DNA of 64,000 nt from Acidobacteriota bacterium (GTDB taxonomy: Bacteria > Acidobacteriota > Terriglobia > Terriglobales > SCQP01): positions 2,523 to 66,522 of the forward strand of contig JAJYIU010000019.1 in the NCBI GenBank assembly GCA_021789895.1, given 5' to 3'. The stretch's first letter is position 1. Every line of letters starts with the position of its first letter. Below, one piece after another: positions 61,178 to 64,000 of the stretch. Below the pieces are notes generated by a model that was not told the origin of the DNA, did not search any database, and saw only the letters and a list, made by a program, of their open reading frames with translations. Made by a program: the position numbers and the translations under genes.

Positions 61178-62125
61178 ATGCCCACTGCAAGTCCGGCATC
61201 CGATTTGGCCACTATGGACACGAGGTTACTGCAAAGTGTCGTCATCGCGGGCGAGGAGTTGCACTACGAAGCCGCCGCGGAACGGCTGGGCATATCCATA
61301 CGCCGGCTGAAATCCAACCTGGACATAATTGAGCGCCAGTACGGCGAGCGGCTTTTCATAGCCGACGACCACGGCCTGCAGCCGACCGCGACGGGGATTT
61401 ATTTTATAGAGATTGCGCGCAAACGCCTGCTGCAAGCGCACCTAGCCATGCATGATGGCATGACGAAGGAGCCGAAGCCGGGGTATTGCCTGGCGTATGC
61501 GCCGCACACCAACCCGGTGCTGCTGGCAAGCGTCCGCAAATTGAGCGAGCGTTTTGGAGTGCGGCCGGCGCTCTTCAGCGTGGCTTCGGGAGAACAGCTC
61601 GAGCTGCTGCAGCGCGGGGTATTCCAAGCCGGCCTGACCGTCGAAATCGCAGCGGCGGTCGGCATCCAACTGTCGCCGATGTTTATGGAACGGCTGTCGG
61701 TGGTGCTGCCGGCGGAGCACGAATTGGCGCGCCGCGGCCAGCCGGTACAGCTTGCGGAATTGCGCGAAACGCCGCTGATCGGCTTGAGCCGCCCGTACGC
61801 GCACTTGAACAAGCGGCTGCAGCAGGCCTGCCAAAACGCCGGCCTGAAACCCCGCCCGGGGCCGATGGCAGGGTGCCTGGCGGAGGCGGTGCTGCTGGCC
61901 GGCGGCGGCGAAGGTTTTTGCCTCGCGCGCGATTGCGAGCGCCGCTATGCCCGCGCGGGCGCGGTTTTCCTGCCGCTGACCGAATCCCTGTGGATCGCCA
62001 CGATGCTGGCTTTCCGCAGCGGTTGCCGCGACGAATTCACCGCCGCATTGAGCAGCGCGCCGCTGCCGATAGCCGCGCGCGGGGTCGGCGTACGCGGCCC
62101 GCTCAGCAATGCCAGCAACGCATAA
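61178..62125 (+). CDS. LysR-family transcriptional regulator
   Basis: ORF 60884.., start moved to ATG 61178 (alternative MDTRLL at 61214). HTH LLQSVVIAGEELHYEAAAERLGISIRRLKSNLDIIERQYGERLF. Confidence 0.85.
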   Translation: MPTASPASDLATMDTRLLQSVVIAGEELHYEAAAERLGISIRRLKSNLDIIERQYGERLFIADDHGLQPTATGIYFIEIARKRLLQAHLAMHDGMTKEPKPGYCLAYAPHTNPVLLASVRKLSERFGVRPALFSVASGEQLELLQRGVFQAGLTVEIAAAVGIQLSPMFMERLSVVLPAEHELARRGQPVQLAELRETPLIGLSRPYAHLNKRLQQACQNAGLKPRPGPMAGCLAEAVLLAGGGEGFCLARDCERRYARAGAVFLPLTESLWIATMLAFRSGCRDEFTAALSSAPLPIAARGVGVRGPLSNASNA

Positions 62126-62465
62126 AGCCAGCCAACCGCCGAACCGCCAAATCGCGATGCGCCATCAGCCGCCGGCGATCCGCTTTCAGCCGGCGGCACC
62201 GCGGAATTTTTACCGGATTTCCACCCTGGCGAAAGCAAGGCCGAAGGCCTCCATGCGGCTTCAATTGCAGTAAATTCAGGGATTTAAATTTTTTCATCGC
62301 GGCTGGCATGGCAGTTGCTAATTGCGTAAATAGCCATGCATCGCCGCCCGCGGCGCGGAAGTCACCATGATTTCCGCGGCCACCGGCGGCGGCGGGCGTT
62401 GCGGAATTGCGATTGCGCACGAGAAGCTCGCGTTTCCATGGGCCACCACCGTTTGAATTCGCACC

Positions 62466-63335
62466 ATGAGCGCTACAGCGCAACAACTTTATCAGCAGCA
62501 GTTGGAGTCCATCATCCTCGCGGGCGAGGAGCTGAATTTTCGGCGCGCGGCGGCGCGGCAAGGGATTTCGGAAGCCACGCTGCGGCGGGTGATTGCGGCG
62601 CAGGAGGCGAAATTAGGCTACGCGCTATTCCAGCGCGCCGGCCGCGGGCTGCGGCTGACCCCCGGCGGAATCGAGTTTCTGCAGCACGCGCGGCGGCAAT
62701 TGTTGCGCGAGCTGAGCGGCGCCGCGAAGCAGGCGGAGCAGCGCCCGCTGCTGGTGGGCTACTCGCCGCATGTCAACCCCGCGCTGCTGGTTTGGCTGCG
62801 CCGCCAGTACGCAATCCAGCGGCAAAGCTGCCGGACGCTGAGCCTGGGGTCGCTCGAGCAGGCCGGGCTGGTGCGCGACGGGTGGCTGGATGCCGGGCTG
62901 GTGCTCTGCCCGCTGGCGGCGGTGGGAGTGAAAATTGCGCCCAGCTTTTGCGAAGCGCTGCAGGTGGCGCTGCCCGCCCGGCATGCGCTGGCGCGGGCGG
63001 AGAGGCCGCTCGAAATCGCCGAATTGCGCGGGCTGCCGATGATCGGCCTGGCGCAACACCTGCACCGGCCGCTGGCCGCACGCTTTCAGCAAATCTGCCG
63101 GCGGCACGGGCTGGAGCCGGAAATCGCCGGCGAGGCGCTTCATATAAGCGAAGCCATCGCGCAAGTGGCGGCGGGCAAGGGATTCTGTTTTGCGCGCGGC
63201 TGCGACCAGCGTTTTGCCGGGCCGGGGGCGGCGTTTCGCCCGCTGGCGGGCACTCCGGCGGTGATCCTTACCGGGATTCTCTTTCGCCACGGCGCGGAAT
63301 TGCCGATGCTGGGCGAAGCGATAAGCATCGCATAG
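62466..63335 (+). CDS. LysR-family transcriptional regulator (paralog of 61178..62125)
   Basis: LESIILAGEELNFRRAAARQGISEATLRRVIAAQEAKLGYALFQRAGRGLRLTPGG. The last 10 codons lie inside repeat copy B. Confidence 0.85.
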   Translation: MSATAQQLYQQQLESIILAGEELNFRRAAARQGISEATLRRVIAAQEAKLGYALFQRAGRGLRLTPGGIEFLQHARRQLLRELSGAAKQAEQRPLLVGYSPHVNPALLVWLRRQYAIQRQSCRTLSLGSLEQAGLVRDGWLDAGLVLCPLAAVGVKIAPSFCEALQVALPARHALARAERPLEIAELRGLPMIGLAQHLHRPLAARFQQICRRHGLEPEIAGEALHISEAIAQVAAGKGFCFARGCDQRFAGPGAAFRPLAGTPAVILTGILFRHGAELPMLGEAISIA

Positions 63336-63550
63336 CTTCGTTGGTTCGTCGCTCGGCAATCCTCATGTACATCCATGTACACTGCGGTTGCCTCGCGCCT
63401 CCCGCCTCGCTCTGCTCGCTTCTCCCTTCGCCTTGGCGTTACTGAATCGCGGAGGGTCGGGACCTGACAGGAAACCCCGACCTTCCCACTCGACCTCGGC
63501 ATATCTAACTCCCATCGGTGGACTCGTGAGCCGCCGCTAGATGCTGCCGG
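63305..63550 (+). repeat. Dispersed structured repeat, short copy (B)
   Basis: Collinear with 48564..48902 but lacks its three hairpin inserts. About 95 nt around the 11-bp hairpin ggagggtcggg/cccgaccttcc are identical. Confidence 0.85.
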
Positions 63551-63650
63551 AGGAGAACGGCGCGTTTCCGGCGAGCGTATTGTAAAGCGACGGGCTGGTA
63601 TACTGAACCGCCGCATAGATATCAGCCGCGGCCGCCGCTCATGCCTTTCA

Positions 63651-64000
63651 CGAACCCGCTCCTTCGCCTGCAACATTTTTACCGCGCTTGCCTGACGCCG
63701 GCTACGCTCGTGCTGACGGCGCTTGCCCTGGCGCCGCCGGCACCGGCGCAGGCGTTTATCCGCCGGCAAGGCGGCCATTACCTGCTCGGCAACCGCTACC
63801 TGGTGCGCGTCATCGGCCTGCACGCCGGGCGGGTGCAAACCCTGGCGCTGCGCAATCGCATGGACGGGCGCAGCTATGCGGTTTCCGGCGGCGAGTTTCA
63901 ACTGCGGCTGATTCGCGAGCGGGTGGGCTACAGCTACGGCGGGCAGAATCCGTGGACGCTCGACGCGCGCGATTTTCTGGCCTCCGCGCCGGCAATTCGC
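63651..64000 (+). CDS. Partial CDS (5' end) of a secreted hypothetical protein, runs off the window
   Basis: ATG 63651. The frame has no stop to 64000, so it is absent from the ORF track. MPFTNPLLRLQHFYRACLTPATLVLTALALAPPAPAQA is signal-like. Codon bias is GC3-rich. Confidence 0.5.

Overview
High-GC (about 65% by eye) bacterial chromosomal segment. The gene content suggests an Acidobacteriota-like soil heterotroph, but that is inference only. I support about 45 protein genes, one initiator tRNA, one IS remnant and several repeat families.

Core housekeeping blocks:
- carB-carA (9.1-13.7 kb)
- an aldehyde dehydrogenase, then ruvC and folE (14.4-17.2 kb)
- a giant LptC/LptA-like gene, then lptB-rpoN-rapZ (22.5-28.7 kb)
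- msbA-yicC-gmk-rpoZ-coaBC and a family-4 UDG (28.8-34.8 kb)

A glycan-degradation block spans about 38-61 kb. It holds an SGNH hydrolase, a BNR/sortilin-like protein, GH35, a GH79-like protein, GH51, a Gfo/Idh/MocA oxidoreductase, a lactonase-like amidohydrolase and two LysR paralogs.

Best candidate for an undescribed system: a compositionally atypical five-gene minus-strand operon at 2.4-8.8 kb. Its order is DUF2589-like, Sel1-repeat, TPR-GT9 glycosyltransferase, DUF2589-like, then a signal-less multidomain murein hydrolase. It lies next to an IS3 remnant. Its upstream edge abuts a decayed second copy of the carB 3' end.

Other noteworthy signals:
- a 310-bp tandem duplication in an AT-rich divergent intergenic region, carrying eight copies of a 12-nt motif (55.8-56.5 kb)
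- a membrane-anchored MutS-domain-V protein with an in-frame 30-bp x7 VNTR and related low-GC flanks
- a dispersed 250-340 bp structured repeat starting at or within about 25 nt of the stop codons of three plus-strand genes
- an atypical CX8CX2C radical-SAM-like gene divergent from thiS
- a PRTase/kinase-like orphan
- a decayed toxin-antitoxin pair
- an initiator tRNA with a U1:A72 pair

All functional calls come from motif recognition by eye. No searches were run.
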